From contig CBFHAJ010000003.1 in NCBI GenBank assembly GCA_965653495.1, positions 1 through 50,932 on the forward strand: 50,932 nt of DNA, in the 5' to 3' direction. The translations under genes and the position numbers were made by a program. Shown in pieces: positions 9,919 through 18,346 of this stretch. Within the stretch, counting starts at the first letter, position 1. Each line of letters starts with the position of its first letter. The stretch comes from an uncultured bacterium. Lineage in GTDB: Bacteria; Gemmatimonadota; Gemmatimonadetes; Gemmatimonadales; GWC2-71-9. The notes beneath the pieces are model-generated. The model was not told the DNA's origin, ran no database searches, and was given only the letters and a program-made list of their open reading frames with translations.

Positions 9919-11027
9919 GCCGCGCACCGCGGATCTACATTTCCGCGGGGGAGCCGTCGGGCGACGCGCACGCCGCGGCTGTCGTGAGCGCGCTCAAGCG
10001 GCGCGTCCCCACCGCGCTCGTCGAGGCGTTCGGCGGACCGGGCCTCGAGGCCGCGGGCGCTGTCGTGCTCGACCGCATGGAGCGCTTCTCCGTGGTCGGC
10101 TTCGTCGAGGCGTTGTGGAAGCTTCCCGCCCATTTCCGCCTGCTGAGGCGCGCCCGCGACGCCTTCCGAGCGGGGCGCTACGATCTGGTGATCCTGGTGG
10201 ACTACCCGGGCTACCACCTGCGCGCCGCCGCCGCCGCGCACGCGGCCGGGATCCCCGTGCTGTATTACATCGCGCCGCAGATGTGGGCGTGGGCGCCCGG
10301 TCGCGTGCGCCGCCTCTCGGCCGTGCGACGCCTGGCGGTGATCCTGCCGTTCGAAGAGACCTTCTTTCGCGACCACGGAGTCGCCGTGACATTCGTGGGC
10401 CACCCGTTGCGGGACCGGCCGCCGCCGCCCCGCCGCGAGGACGCGCGGCGCGCGCTCGGACTCGATCCCGCGCGACCGGTCCTGGGGCTGTTTCCCGGCA
10501 GCCGCGCCCAGGAGGTGCGTCGACTGTGGGACGCGTTTCGCGCCGCCGCGGATCGCATTGTCGCGGCACGCCCCGACGTTCAGGTTGTCGCCGCCGCCAC
10601 GCCGCGCGCCCACTATCCCGGCGCCGGCGCCATCCGGATCCACATGGGCGATCCCACCACGGTGTTCGCCGCCGCGGACGCCGGGCTGTGCAAGTCCGGC
10701 ACCACGACGCTGGAGGCCGCGCTCGCCGACGTTCCGATGGCGATCGCCTACCGGTTGAATCCCGTGTCGTTCGCGATCGCGATTCGCCTGCTGCGCGTTC
10801 CCCACGTGGGCCTGGTGAACCTGATCGCGGGACGGGAAGTGTGCCCGGAGTTCCTGCAGGGCGCGGTGACGCCCGCGGCGCTCGCGGACGTGATCCTGCC
10901 GCTGCTCGACCCGCCCAGCGCGGCGGCGCGGCGGCAGCGGGAAGGCCTGGCGCTGGTGCGGGAGCGGCTCGGGCCCCCGGGCGCCGCCGAGCGTGTCGCG
11001 GCCCTCGCGCTGGAGCTCGCCGGGTGA
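9915..11027 (+). CDS. lpxB: Lipid-A-disaccharide synthase LpxB
   Basis: SAGEPSGD, VDYPGYH, YYIAPQMWAW, ILPFE, FVGHPL, PGSR and SGTTTLE motifs. Confidence 0.95.
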   Translation: MSRAPRIYISAGEPSGDAHAAAVVSALKRRVPTALVEAFGGPGLEAAGAVVLDRMERFSVVGFVEALWKLPAHFRLLRRARDAFRAGRYDLVILVDYPGYHLRAAAAAHAAGIPVLYYIAPQMWAWAPGRVRRLSAVRRLAVILPFEETFFRDHGVAVTFVGHPLRDRPPPPRREDARRALGLDPARPVLGLFPGSRAQEVRRLWDAFRAAADRIVAARPDVQVVAAATPRAHYPGAGAIRIHMGDPTTVFAAADAGLCKSGTTTLEAALADVPMAIAYRLNPVSFAIAIRLLRVPHVGLVNLIAGREVCPEFLQGAVTPAALADVILPLLDPPSAAARRQREGLALVRERLGPPGAAERVAALALELAG

Positions 11028-11650
11028 CGGGTCTTCTGGCCGCGCTGATCCGCCTGCTCGCGGCGACGTGGCGCTATCGGGTGCGGGGCTGGGAGCACGT
11101 GGCGGCGGCGCGCGCCAGCGGTCGCCCGGTGATCTACGTGCTCTGGCACAGCCGCATCCTGCCGCTCCTCTACCATCGGCGCGACGAGGGGATGGCGCTG
11201 CTCATCAGTCGCCACCGTGACGGCGGCCATCTCGCCGAGCTGTCCGAGCGCTGGGGCTATCGCGTCGTGCGCGGATCGTCGCAGCGGGGCGGCGAGGTGG
11301 GTCTGCTGGGCCTGGTCCGGCACCTCCGTCAGGGCGGCGAAGTCGCCCTCACCCCCGACGGGCCGCGCGGCCCCGCGGAGCGGATGAAGCCGGGCGCCCT
11401 CGCGGCGGCCCAGCATGCCAACGCGCTCGTGATCGCGGCGGGCGCGCGGGCCTCCTCCGCGTGGTGGATCCGGTCGTGGGACCGGTTTTGCCTTCCGAAG
11501 CCGTTCGCTGCCGTCCACATCGCGTACGCCCCGCCGTTCGGGGTCGATCAGGGGAAGCTCGCGTTGCGCGAGGCGATGACGCGGGCCGAGCATGACCTGG
11601 CTGAAGTCACGTACGGCGCCCCAGAGGGCGAAGGAATGCGGGCGCAGTGA
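11024..11650 (+). CDS. DUF374 / lysophospholipid acyltransferase-like protein
   Basis: LWHSR, LISRHRDG, VRGSSQRGG, TPDGPRGP and SWDRFCLPKPF are typical of DUF374. Coupled to lpxB and lpxK. Confidence 0.85.
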   Translation: MTGLLAALIRLLAATWRYRVRGWEHVAAARASGRPVIYVLWHSRILPLLYHRRDEGMALLISRHRDGGHLAELSERWGYRVVRGSSQRGGEVGLLGLVRHLRQGGEVALTPDGPRGPAERMKPGALAAAQHANALVIAAGARASSAWWIRSWDRFCLPKPFAAVHIAYAPPFGVDQGKLALREAMTRAEHDLAEVTYGAPEGEGMRAQ

Positions 11651-12684
11651 CGGCCGCCCGCGTCGTACGGTGGCTATGGGGCGAGTCGCCGGGCGCGCGC
11701 CTGGCGCGACTGCCGCTGCTGCCGCTCGCCGGGGCGTACTGGGCCGCGATGCGGGTGCGCGCGGCGCGCTCCGCGGCCGCCGGCGTGGCACGTCTCCCCC
11801 TGCCGACGATCGCGGTCGGAAACCTCTCGGTCGGCGGCACCGGAAAAACGCCTCTCGCCGCGTGGATCGCGACGCATTACGCGGCCCGGGGATTGAAGCC
11901 GGGGATCCTGCTCCGGGGCTACGGCGGCGACGAGCCGCTCGTGCACCGCCGGCTCGTGCCGGAGGCGGTGGTGGTGGCGAACGCCGATCGCACCGCAGGG
12001 GCGACCGCGGCGCGCGCGGCCGGCGCGCGCGTGCTGGTGCTGGACGACGCCTATCAGCTACTCGGCGTCGCGCGGGACTTGAACGTCGCGGTTCTCTCGG
12101 CCGAGAGCGCTGCCGACTCACCGTGGCCGCTGCCGGCGGGACCGTGGCGCGAGGGCTGGGATGCCCTGGCGCGGGCCGACCTGATCGTCGTGACCCGGAA
12201 GCGGGCGGCAGCAACGGCGGCCGCCCGGCTCGCCGACCGGCTGGCGCAGCAGTGCACCCCGGTCCCTGTGGCGATCGCGTGGCTCGCGCTCGAGCAGCTC
12301 GCGGGCATGCAGTCTGGAACACGGCGGGACGTGAGCGTCCTCGCCGGGCGCGACGTGGTCGCGGCGGCGGGGATCGCGGACCCCGACAGCTTCGCCGCGC
12401 AGCTCGCGGCCGCTGGTGCGCGGGTGCAACTCTTGGCGTATCAAGACCATCACCAGTACCGCGCGGCCGACGTGGCGCGCCTCGTGCGGGCCGCCGCGGC
12501 GGGCGGTTATGTTGTAATCACTGAAAAGGATGCCGTGAAGCTCCGCGGGCGGTGGCCGGCGGCTCCGGAGGGGGCCGCTATCCCGGAGCCGTGGGTGGCG
12601 GGGCTCGGCGTCCGCTGGGAGCGGAACGGCACGGTGGTCGAGCAGGCGTTGGACGCCGCGCTCACGCCGGCCGGTCGCCCCTGA
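11647..12684 (+). CDS. lpxK: Tetraacyldisaccharide 4'-kinase LpxK
   Basis: VGNLSVGGTGKTP, RGYG, LDDAYQ, LPAGPWRE, DHH and TEKDAVK. Confidence 0.95.
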   Translation: MTAARVVRWLWGESPGARLARLPLLPLAGAYWAAMRVRAARSAAAGVARLPLPTIAVGNLSVGGTGKTPLAAWIATHYAARGLKPGILLRGYGGDEPLVHRRLVPEAVVVANADRTAGATAARAAGARVLVLDDAYQLLGVARDLNVAVLSAESAADSPWPLPAGPWREGWDALARADLIVVTRKRAAATAAARLADRLAQQCTPVPVAIAWLALEQLAGMQSGTRRDVSVLAGRDVVAAAGIADPDSFAAQLAAAGARVQLLAYQDHHQYRAADVARLVRAAAAGGYVVITEKDAVKLRGRWPAAPEGAAIPEPWVAGLGVRWERNGTVVEQALDAALTPAGRP

Positions 12685-12801
12685 GGCCCGTTTCAACGTG
12701 CGAGTGCCATGAGCGAACCTGCGATCTAGCCGCCGACGACACCGGCGATCATCCGGCCCGACAAGGACACGTTCCTCCACGAGGACAACGCGTTCGAGGC
12801 C

Positions 12802-14022
12802 ATGATGGAGCGATTCGACCATGCGGCGCAGCTCTTGAATCTCGATCCCGGCCTCTACAAAGTCCTCCGCAATCCCGAAAAACAGATCATCGTCTCCGTT
12901 CCCGTGCTGCGCGATAGCGGCGATGTCGAGGTGTACACCGGCTATCGGGTGCTCTACAACACGTCGCGCGGGCCGGCCAAGGGCGGCATCCGCTTCGATC
13001 TGAACGTGACGCTGGAGGAAGTGAAGGCGCTGGCGGCGTGGATGACGTGGAAGTGCGCCCTCGTCAACATCCCGTTCGGCGGTTCCAAAGGCGGCGTCGT
13101 GTGCGATCCGGCGAGCATGTCCATGGGCGAGCTGGAGCGCGTCACGCGCCGCTACACGGCGAGCATCATCGAAACGCTGGGCCCCGATTCCGACGTCCCC
13201 GCCCCGGACGTGAACACCAACGAGCGGGTGATGGCGTGGATCATGGACACCTACTCGATGCATCACCGCCATACGGTGACATCGGTGGTGACGGGGAAGC
13301 CGGTAGAGATGGGCGGCTCGCTGGGACGGCGCGAGGCGACGGGGCGCGGCTGCATGATCGTCACCCGCGAGGCGCTCGGCAAGTTCGGCATGACGCTCAA
13401 GGGCGCGCGGGTGGCGGTGCAAGGGTTCGGGAACGTGGGCTCGGTCGCCGCCGACCTCATGGTCAAGGAGGGCGCGCTGCTCGTCGGCGTGTCCGACAAG
13501 TCGGCCGCCCTGCACGACCCCAAGGGCCTGAACGTGGCCGATCTGCTCAGCTGGGTGCGCGAGCACCGCTCGCTCGCGGGTTCTCCGAAGGCGACCGCGT
13601 TCGGCAAGGACCAGCTGCTGGTGCTCGACTGCGACGTGCTGGTGCCGGCGGCCACGGAGAACGTGATCACTCGCAAGAACGCGCCGCAGATCAAGGCGAA
13701 GATCATCTGCGAGGGCGCGAACGGCCCCACCACCGCCGCCGCCGACGAGATTCTCGAGAAGAAGGGCATCTTCGTCATTCCGGACATCCTCGCGAACGCG
13801 GGTGGGGTGACGGTGAGCTACTTCGAGTGGGTCCAGGACCGAGGCGGCTATTTCTGGGACGAAGACACGGTGAACCGGCGGCTCGAGTCGATTATGACCC
13901 GCTCGTTTCACGAGGTGATGGCGCTGGTGGAGAAGCACAAGGTCAGCACACGGATCGCCTGCTACATGCTCGCGGTGGGCCGGGTGGCGGCGATGCACCG
14001 GCTGCGTGGGATGTATGCCTGA
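12802..14022 (+). CDS. gdhA: Glu/Leu/Phe/Val dehydrogenase (glutamate dehydrogenase); probable true start at 12709 is interrupted by TAG
   Basis: GPAKGGIRF, MTWKC, PFGGSKGG, DVPAPDVNT, GGSLGRREATG, QGFGNVG, EGANGPTT and ANAGGVTVSYFEW. Confidence 0.9.
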   Translation: MMERFDHAAQLLNLDPGLYKVLRNPEKQIIVSVPVLRDSGDVEVYTGYRVLYNTSRGPAKGGIRFDLNVTLEEVKALAAWMTWKCALVNIPFGGSKGGVVCDPASMSMGELERVTRRYTASIIETLGPDSDVPAPDVNTNERVMAWIMDTYSMHHRHTVTSVVTGKPVEMGGSLGRREATGRGCMIVTREALGKFGMTLKGARVAVQGFGNVGSVAADLMVKEGALLVGVSDKSAALHDPKGLNVADLLSWVREHRSLAGSPKATAFGKDQLLVLDCDVLVPAATENVITRKNAPQIKAKIICEGANGPTTAAADEILEKKGIFVIPDILANAGGVTVSYFEWVQDRGGYFWDEDTVNRRLESIMTRSFHEVMALVEKHKVSTRIACYMLAVGRVAAMHRLRGMYA

Positions 14023-14447
14023 TGCGGTATCGCGTGGTCGCGGTGGGTCGCATCCGCGACGCGGGGCTGAGGGCGGCATGTGACGATTACCTCGACCGGC
14101 TGAAGCGATACACCCGGATCGAGGAGCGGGAGGCCAGGGACGAGGCGCGCATCCTCGACGTCGTGCCGGAGGAGTCGCGCCTCGTCGTGTTGTCGGAGCG
14201 GGGCGAGGAATGGACATCCGCTCAGCTCGCGGAATGGACCGCCCGGTGGGAGATGGACGGTCGCGACGTGGCGTTCGCGATCGGCGCCGCGGACGGGCTG
14301 CCGGAGCCGGTGACACAGCGGGCGGAGCGCGCGTGGAGCCTGTCCCGGCTCACCTTTCCGCACGAGCTGGCCCGGCTGCTCGTGTACGAGCAGCTGTACC
14401 GGGCGTACACCATCCGCCGCGGGGAGCCGTACCATCGCGGCCGCTGA
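14022..14447 (+). CDS. rlmH: 23S rRNA (pseudouridine1915-N3)-methyltransferase RlmH
   Basis: ATG overlaps the gdh TGA. VAVGR, FAIGAADG, SLSRLTFPHELARL, EQLYRA and PYHR. Confidence 0.92.
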   Translation: MRYRVVAVGRIRDAGLRAACDDYLDRLKRYTRIEEREARDEARILDVVPEESRLVVLSERGEEWTSAQLAEWTARWEMDGRDVAFAIGAADGLPEPVTQRAERAWSLSRLTFPHELARLLVYEQLYRAYTIRRGEPYHRGR

Positions 14448-15006
14448 GCTGACGCGGGCGGACCGGGCGGCGCTGCTCGCCCTGGCGCGCGCCACTCTGA
14501 TGGCGCACCTGGCCGGGCGTCCCCTGCCAGCCGCTGCGGTCGGCCCGGGAGCGTCGCTCCGGCGCGGCGCCTTCGTCACGCTCACGGAGCGTCACGGGGG
14601 AGCACTGCGCGGCTGCGTCGGGCACATCGCGGCGGACCGCGAACTGGGCGCTGTGGTGCGAGAAATGGCGATCGCCGCGGCGCGGGATGATCCACGGTTC
14701 GTGCCGGTCGACGCCGGTGAGCTGGCGGGGCTGGTCGTAGAGATCTCCGTGCTGTCGGAACCGGCGCGCAGCGTCGCGCCCGTCGACCCGGCGCGGATCG
14801 TGGTGGGGCGCGATGGCGTGCTGGTGCGGCGCGGCAGCGACGCGGGCTTGCTTCTGCCCCAGGTAGCCAGCGAGCATCACTGGGATGCCGAGACGCTGCT
14901 CGCGGCTGCGTGTCGCAAGGCAGACCTGCCGCCCGGGGCATGGCGGGAACCGGGTACCGAGGTTTTCACGTTTCAAGCGGACGTGTTCGGAGAGAGCGAC
15001 GAGTGA
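14434..15006 (+). CDS. AMMECR1-domain protein (AmmeMemoRadiSam system protein A); start uncertain (ATC 14434, CTG 14449 or ATG 14500)
   Basis: GAFVTL, LRGCVG, AARDDPRF, EISVLS and GLLLPQVA. The in-frame upstream LTRADRAALLALARATL helix fits the family N-terminus. Confidence 0.85.
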   Translation: MAAAELTRADRAALLALARATLMAHLAGRPLPAAAVGPGASLRRGAFVTLTERHGGALRGCVGHIAADRELGAVVREMAIAAARDDPRFVPVDAGELAGLVVEISVLSEPARSVAPVDPARIVVGRDGVLVRRGSDAGLLLPQVASEHHWDAETLLAAACRKADLPPGAWREPGTEVFTFQADVFGESDE

Positions 15007-16430
15007 TACCCCGGATCGTCCCGACACCCATTGCACCACTGGCGCTCCCTGCGCCGGGTCTCAAGCCGCGCCGGGTGGACCCTGACGTGATCGCGGCCAC
15101 CTTCCCTGGGCCAGGGCGCGACCGGCTGGCCGCGGGTGAGGTGCTGGTCGTCACCACCGGCCAGCAGCCCGGCCTGTTCACGGGCCCACTGTACACCATC
15201 TACAAGGCGCTGTCGGCAATCGCCCTGGCGCGCCGCCTCGAGCGCGATCGCGGCACACCGGTCGTGCCGGTATTCTGGGTGGCGGGCGACGATCACGACT
15301 TCGCGGAAGCCAACCATACCTGGTTTCTCGACACGAATGGTGAGCTCGTGCAAGTCGTGCTGCGCGAGCGGCCACCCGAGGCACCGCTGCGGTCCCTGTC
15401 GCGGGAGCCGTGCGGCCCCGAGATCGTGGGCGCGCTCGCGCGCCTCCGGGACGGCACGGCCGAGACCGAGTTCAAGACGGGAGTGCTGGAGTGGCTTGGA
15501 CGCTGGTACCGGCCGGAGGTGACGTTGGCGGATGCCTTCGCGGCGGCGCTGGATGCGCTGCTGGGACCACGCGGTCTGGTGGTGCTGCGCATCCACGATC
15601 CGCACGCGAAGCGCGCGGCGGCTCCGTGGGTCATGAAGGGTCTCGAGGTGACGCTCCCCGACGGCTACACGCCGGTGCTGCTCGAGGCGAATCAGGGGCG
15701 CGACCGGTTGCAGCGTGACGGCACCGGTTTCGTCACCCGCCGCAGCGGCGAGCGCTTCGAGCGCGCCGAGCTGGCGCGGATTGCGCGCGAGGCCCCGGAG
15801 CGACTCTCGCCCAACGTGCTGCTGCGCCCCGCCGTCGAGGCGGCTCTGCTGCCGACGGTCGTCTACGCGGGGGGGCCGGCCGAGCTCAAGTACCTCCCGG
15901 ACACGGCGCCCCTGTGCGAGACGCTGGGCGTGATCCGGCAGGCGGCCGTGCCGCGCTGGTCGGGCGTGCTGGTCGAGCAGCGCGTCGAGAAGCTCATGGA
16001 GCGCCACAGCCTGGACCTGACGGCGTTCGACGGCAAGCCGGGCGAGCTGGAGGCGCGGTTGGTCCGCACCGAGCTGCCTGCCGAGACGGTCGCGACGCTG
16101 GCGGAGCTGCGCCGCGACGTCGAAACGCTGTACGGCCGGCTGCGCGATTCCGCCACGCGCATCGATCCGACCCTGGAGCGGACCGTCGACTCGGCGCGCA
16201 ACGCCGCGCTCGCCGGTACGCAAACGATCGAGAAGAAGCTGGTAGCGAGCCTCAAGCGGCTCGAGGGCGACACGCTGGTGAGGCAGATCACGCGCGCGCG
16301 GGCAGCGGTGTACCCGCAGGGCGAGCCGCAGGAGCGCGTGTTCACGCTCGCGTCGTTTCTGATCCGCTATGGCGGCGAACTGGTGGACGCGCTCGAGCGA
16401 GAGGTGGCGCGCTGGGCGGGCCTCACCTAG
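15003..16430 (+). CDS. bshC: Bacillithiol biosynthesis cysteine-adding enzyme BshC
   Basis: VTTGQQPGLFTGPLYTIYKA, PVFWVAGDDHDFAE, LSPNVLLRP, GGPAE and PQER. Confidence 0.9.
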   Translation: MIPRIVPTPIAPLALPAPGLKPRRVDPDVIAATFPGPGRDRLAAGEVLVVTTGQQPGLFTGPLYTIYKALSAIALARRLERDRGTPVVPVFWVAGDDHDFAEANHTWFLDTNGELVQVVLRERPPEAPLRSLSREPCGPEIVGALARLRDGTAETEFKTGVLEWLGRWYRPEVTLADAFAAALDALLGPRGLVVLRIHDPHAKRAAAPWVMKGLEVTLPDGYTPVLLEANQGRDRLQRDGTGFVTRRSGERFERAELARIAREAPERLSPNVLLRPAVEAALLPTVVYAGGPAELKYLPDTAPLCETLGVIRQAAVPRWSGVLVEQRVEKLMERHSLDLTAFDGKPGELEARLVRTELPAETVATLAELRRDVETLYGRLRDSATRIDPTLERTVDSARNAALAGTQTIEKKLVASLKRLEGDTLVRQITRARAAVYPQGEPQERVFTLASFLIRYGGELVDALEREVARWAGLT

Positions 16431-16433
16431 AAT
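16428..16433 (+). promoter_or_regulatory. Putative -10 element (TAGAAT) of a leaderless transcript
   Basis: TAGAAT lies 6 nt before ATG 16440 with no Shine-Dalgarno between; it overlaps the bshC stop. Confidence 0.45.
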
Positions 16434-16439
16434 GCTCTC

Positions 16440-16721
16440 ATGTGGATTCTCGTGCTCGTGCTGCTCGTCGCCCTGATGATTCCCATCACCGCGATCCTGC
16501 TGGATTCGCCGCTGGGCCGTTCCATGGCGCGGCGGCTCGAGGGGCAGGGAGACGGGAGCGGCGAGGGCAAGGGAGGCGGCGCGCGCCAGCTGGAGCGCCG
16601 GATGGAAGCACTGGAAACCGATCTGGAGGAGCTGAACCGCTCGGTCGCCGGCATCCGTGAGGAGCTGCAATTCGTCCAGCGTCTGCTCGAAGATCCCACC
16701 AGGAAGAAACGCCCGTCCTGA
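16440..16721 (+). CDS. Small membrane-anchored coiled-coil hypothetical protein
   Basis: N-terminal hydrophobic helix, Gly-rich linker and heptad coiled coil (LERRMEALETDLEELNRSVAGIREELQFVQRLL). Confidence 0.75.
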   Translation: MWILVLVLLVALMIPITAILLDSPLGRSMARRLEGQGDGSGEGKGGGARQLERRMEALETDLEELNRSVAGIREELQFVQRLLEDPTRKKRPS

Positions 16722-16723
16722 CG

Positions 16724-18346
16724 GTGCCTGACCGCGGCGGGAGCGGAGCCGGCGGCGGTGCGCGCCACGCGGCGCAGGTGGCCGCCGGAATCTTTCTGAC
16801 ACGCGTCCTGGGGTACGTGCGCGAGCGCGTATTCGCGCACTACTTCGGCAACGACACGCTTCCGGCCGACGCCTTTCGCGCCGCGCTGCGCATCCCCAAT
16901 TCGGTCCGCAACCTGCTCGGCGAAGGGACGCTGCTCGCGTCCTTCATTCCCGTTTATGCGACGCTCAACGAGCGGCCGGACAAGGGGCCGGCGCGCGCCC
17001 TCGCCGGCGCCGTTCTGGGCCTGCTGTTGCTCGCGTCCGGTGCGCTCGCGCTGCCGGGCATCGCCCTCGCCCCCGCGATCACCACATTGATCGCCAAGGG
17101 GTTCGACGAGCCGCGCCGCCAGCTGACCATCACCCTCGTCCGCATCCTGTTCCCGATGACCGGCCTGATGGTCATCTCGGCGTGGTGCCTCGGGATCCTG
17201 AACACGCACCGGCGCTTTTTCCTCCCCTATGCCGCGCCGGCCCTGTGGAACGTCGCAGGGATTGTCGCGATGGTCGCCGCGGGGACCTGGTTCGCGAACC
17301 GCGCGCTCCCGATCGAAGCGCAGCTGCACCGCCTCTCGCTGGCGTTGGCCTGGGGCACGGTGGCGGGCAGCCTGCTGCAGATCGCCGTGCAGCTCCCCAC
17401 CTGCTGGCGGCTGCTCCAGGGCATCCCGTTGCGATTCTCCACCGCTCCCGAGGGCGTGCGCAGCGTCATTGTCGCGTGGCTGCCCCTGCTGCTCGGCGCG
17501 GGCGTGGTCCAGGTCTCGGGCCTGATCGACACGTTTTTAGGCTCGTTCACGGGGCCAGGCGGCGTGTCGGCACTGGGATACGCCCAGCTGATTCAGCAGC
17601 TGCCGATCAGCCTGTTCGGGGTCTCGGTCACGGCGGTGTCGCTGCCAGAGCTGTCGCGTGAGGCCGCGGGAGCGGTTGGGGGAACCGGCGGGGGGGGGAC
17701 AACCCCGAACGATCAGCTGCGCACCCGCATCGCCGTGGGGTTCCGCCGCATCGTGTTCTTCGTCGTGCCGTCGGCGATCGCGTGTATCGTGTTGAGTCGC
17801 GAAATCGTGGCCGCCCTCTACCAGACCGGCCGGTTCACGGCGGACGCGACGACGCTGGTGGCGAGCGTCGTGGTGGCGTACGGACTGGGCCTCGTGTCAC
17901 AGGCGACCGTGAAGCTGTTCGCATCGGGTTTCTACGCCATGCGCGATACCCAGACGCCGGTGAAGATCGCCGCGTCGTGCCTGGTGATTTCCACCGGCCT
18001 GGCGTGGCTGCTCATGCGCTGGCTGGGCGCCCCCGGTATTGCGCTCGGGTCGTCCATCGGCGCCACGGTCAGCACTACCCTGCATCTCCGTGACCTGAGC
18101 GGACGCGTCGGGAGCGTGCTGCGCGGCGCCGACTGGCGGGCGTTCGGGATGACGTTCGTGGCGGGTGCGGTGGCGGCAGGAGGAGCGTTCGGTGCCGCGC
18201 GCCTCGTCCCCGGGCTCGCGCCTGTCCCGCGCGGGGCTCTCGTGCTGAGTATCTTTGGGATCGTCTACGCGGCGTCGACGCTCGCGCTCAAGCACCCCGA
18301 CGCCCTCCGAACATGGCGATCCCTGACCACCTGGCGCGCAAACTAG
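16724..18346 (+). CDS. murJ: Lipid II flippase MurJ (MviN)
   Basis: TRVLGYVRE, DAFRAALRIPN, LLGEGTL, FIPVY, QLPISLFG and FYAMRDTQTP, with many TM helices. Confidence 0.93.
   Translation: MPDRGGSGAGGGARHAAQVAAGIFLTRVLGYVRERVFAHYFGNDTLPADAFRAALRIPNSVRNLLGEGTLLASFIPVYATLNERPDKGPARALAGAVLGLLLLASGALALPGIALAPAITTLIAKGFDEPRRQLTITLVRILFPMTGLMVISAWCLGILNTHRRFFLPYAAPALWNVAGIVAMVAAGTWFANRALPIEAQLHRLSLALAWGTVAGSLLQIAVQLPTCWRLLQGIPLRFSTAPEGVRSVIVAWLPLLLGAGVVQVSGLIDTFLGSFTGPGGVSALGYAQLIQQLPISLFGVSVTAVSLPELSREAAGAVGGTGGGGTTPNDQLRTRIAVGFRRIVFFVVPSAIACIVLSREIVAALYQTGRFTADATTLVASVVVAYGLGLVSQATVKLFASGFYAMRDTQTPVKIAASCLVISTGLAWLLMRWLGAPGIALGSSIGATVSTTLHLRDLSGRVGSVLRGADWRAFGMTFVAGAVAAGGAFGAARLVPGLAPVPRGALVLSIFGIVYAASTLALKHPDALRTWRSLTTWRAN

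Noticed and set aside
7289-11650. Apparent long N-terminal extensions or fusions of LpxA, the oxidoreductase, LpxB and DUF374 in the ORF track (also rlmH, xylA, xylB, gpsA, pcm, acyP)
   Set aside because: They come from longest-ORF calling into upstream genes; family motifs begin at the downstream coupled starts used here.
12727-12729. Genome-wide TAG recoding (alternative code or pyrrolysine)
   Set aside because: TAG ends skp, lpxD, bshC, murJ, dedA, acyP and the yfgM-like gene at expected positions, and no pyl genes are in the window.
12118-16802. Long antisense ORFs (12118-14316, 732 aa; 14973-16802, 609 aa) and many similar shadow ORFs elsewhere
   Set aside because: They lie opposite or out of frame with clearly identified genes, are Arg/Ala/Pro-rich without family motifs, and are expected in high-GC DNA.
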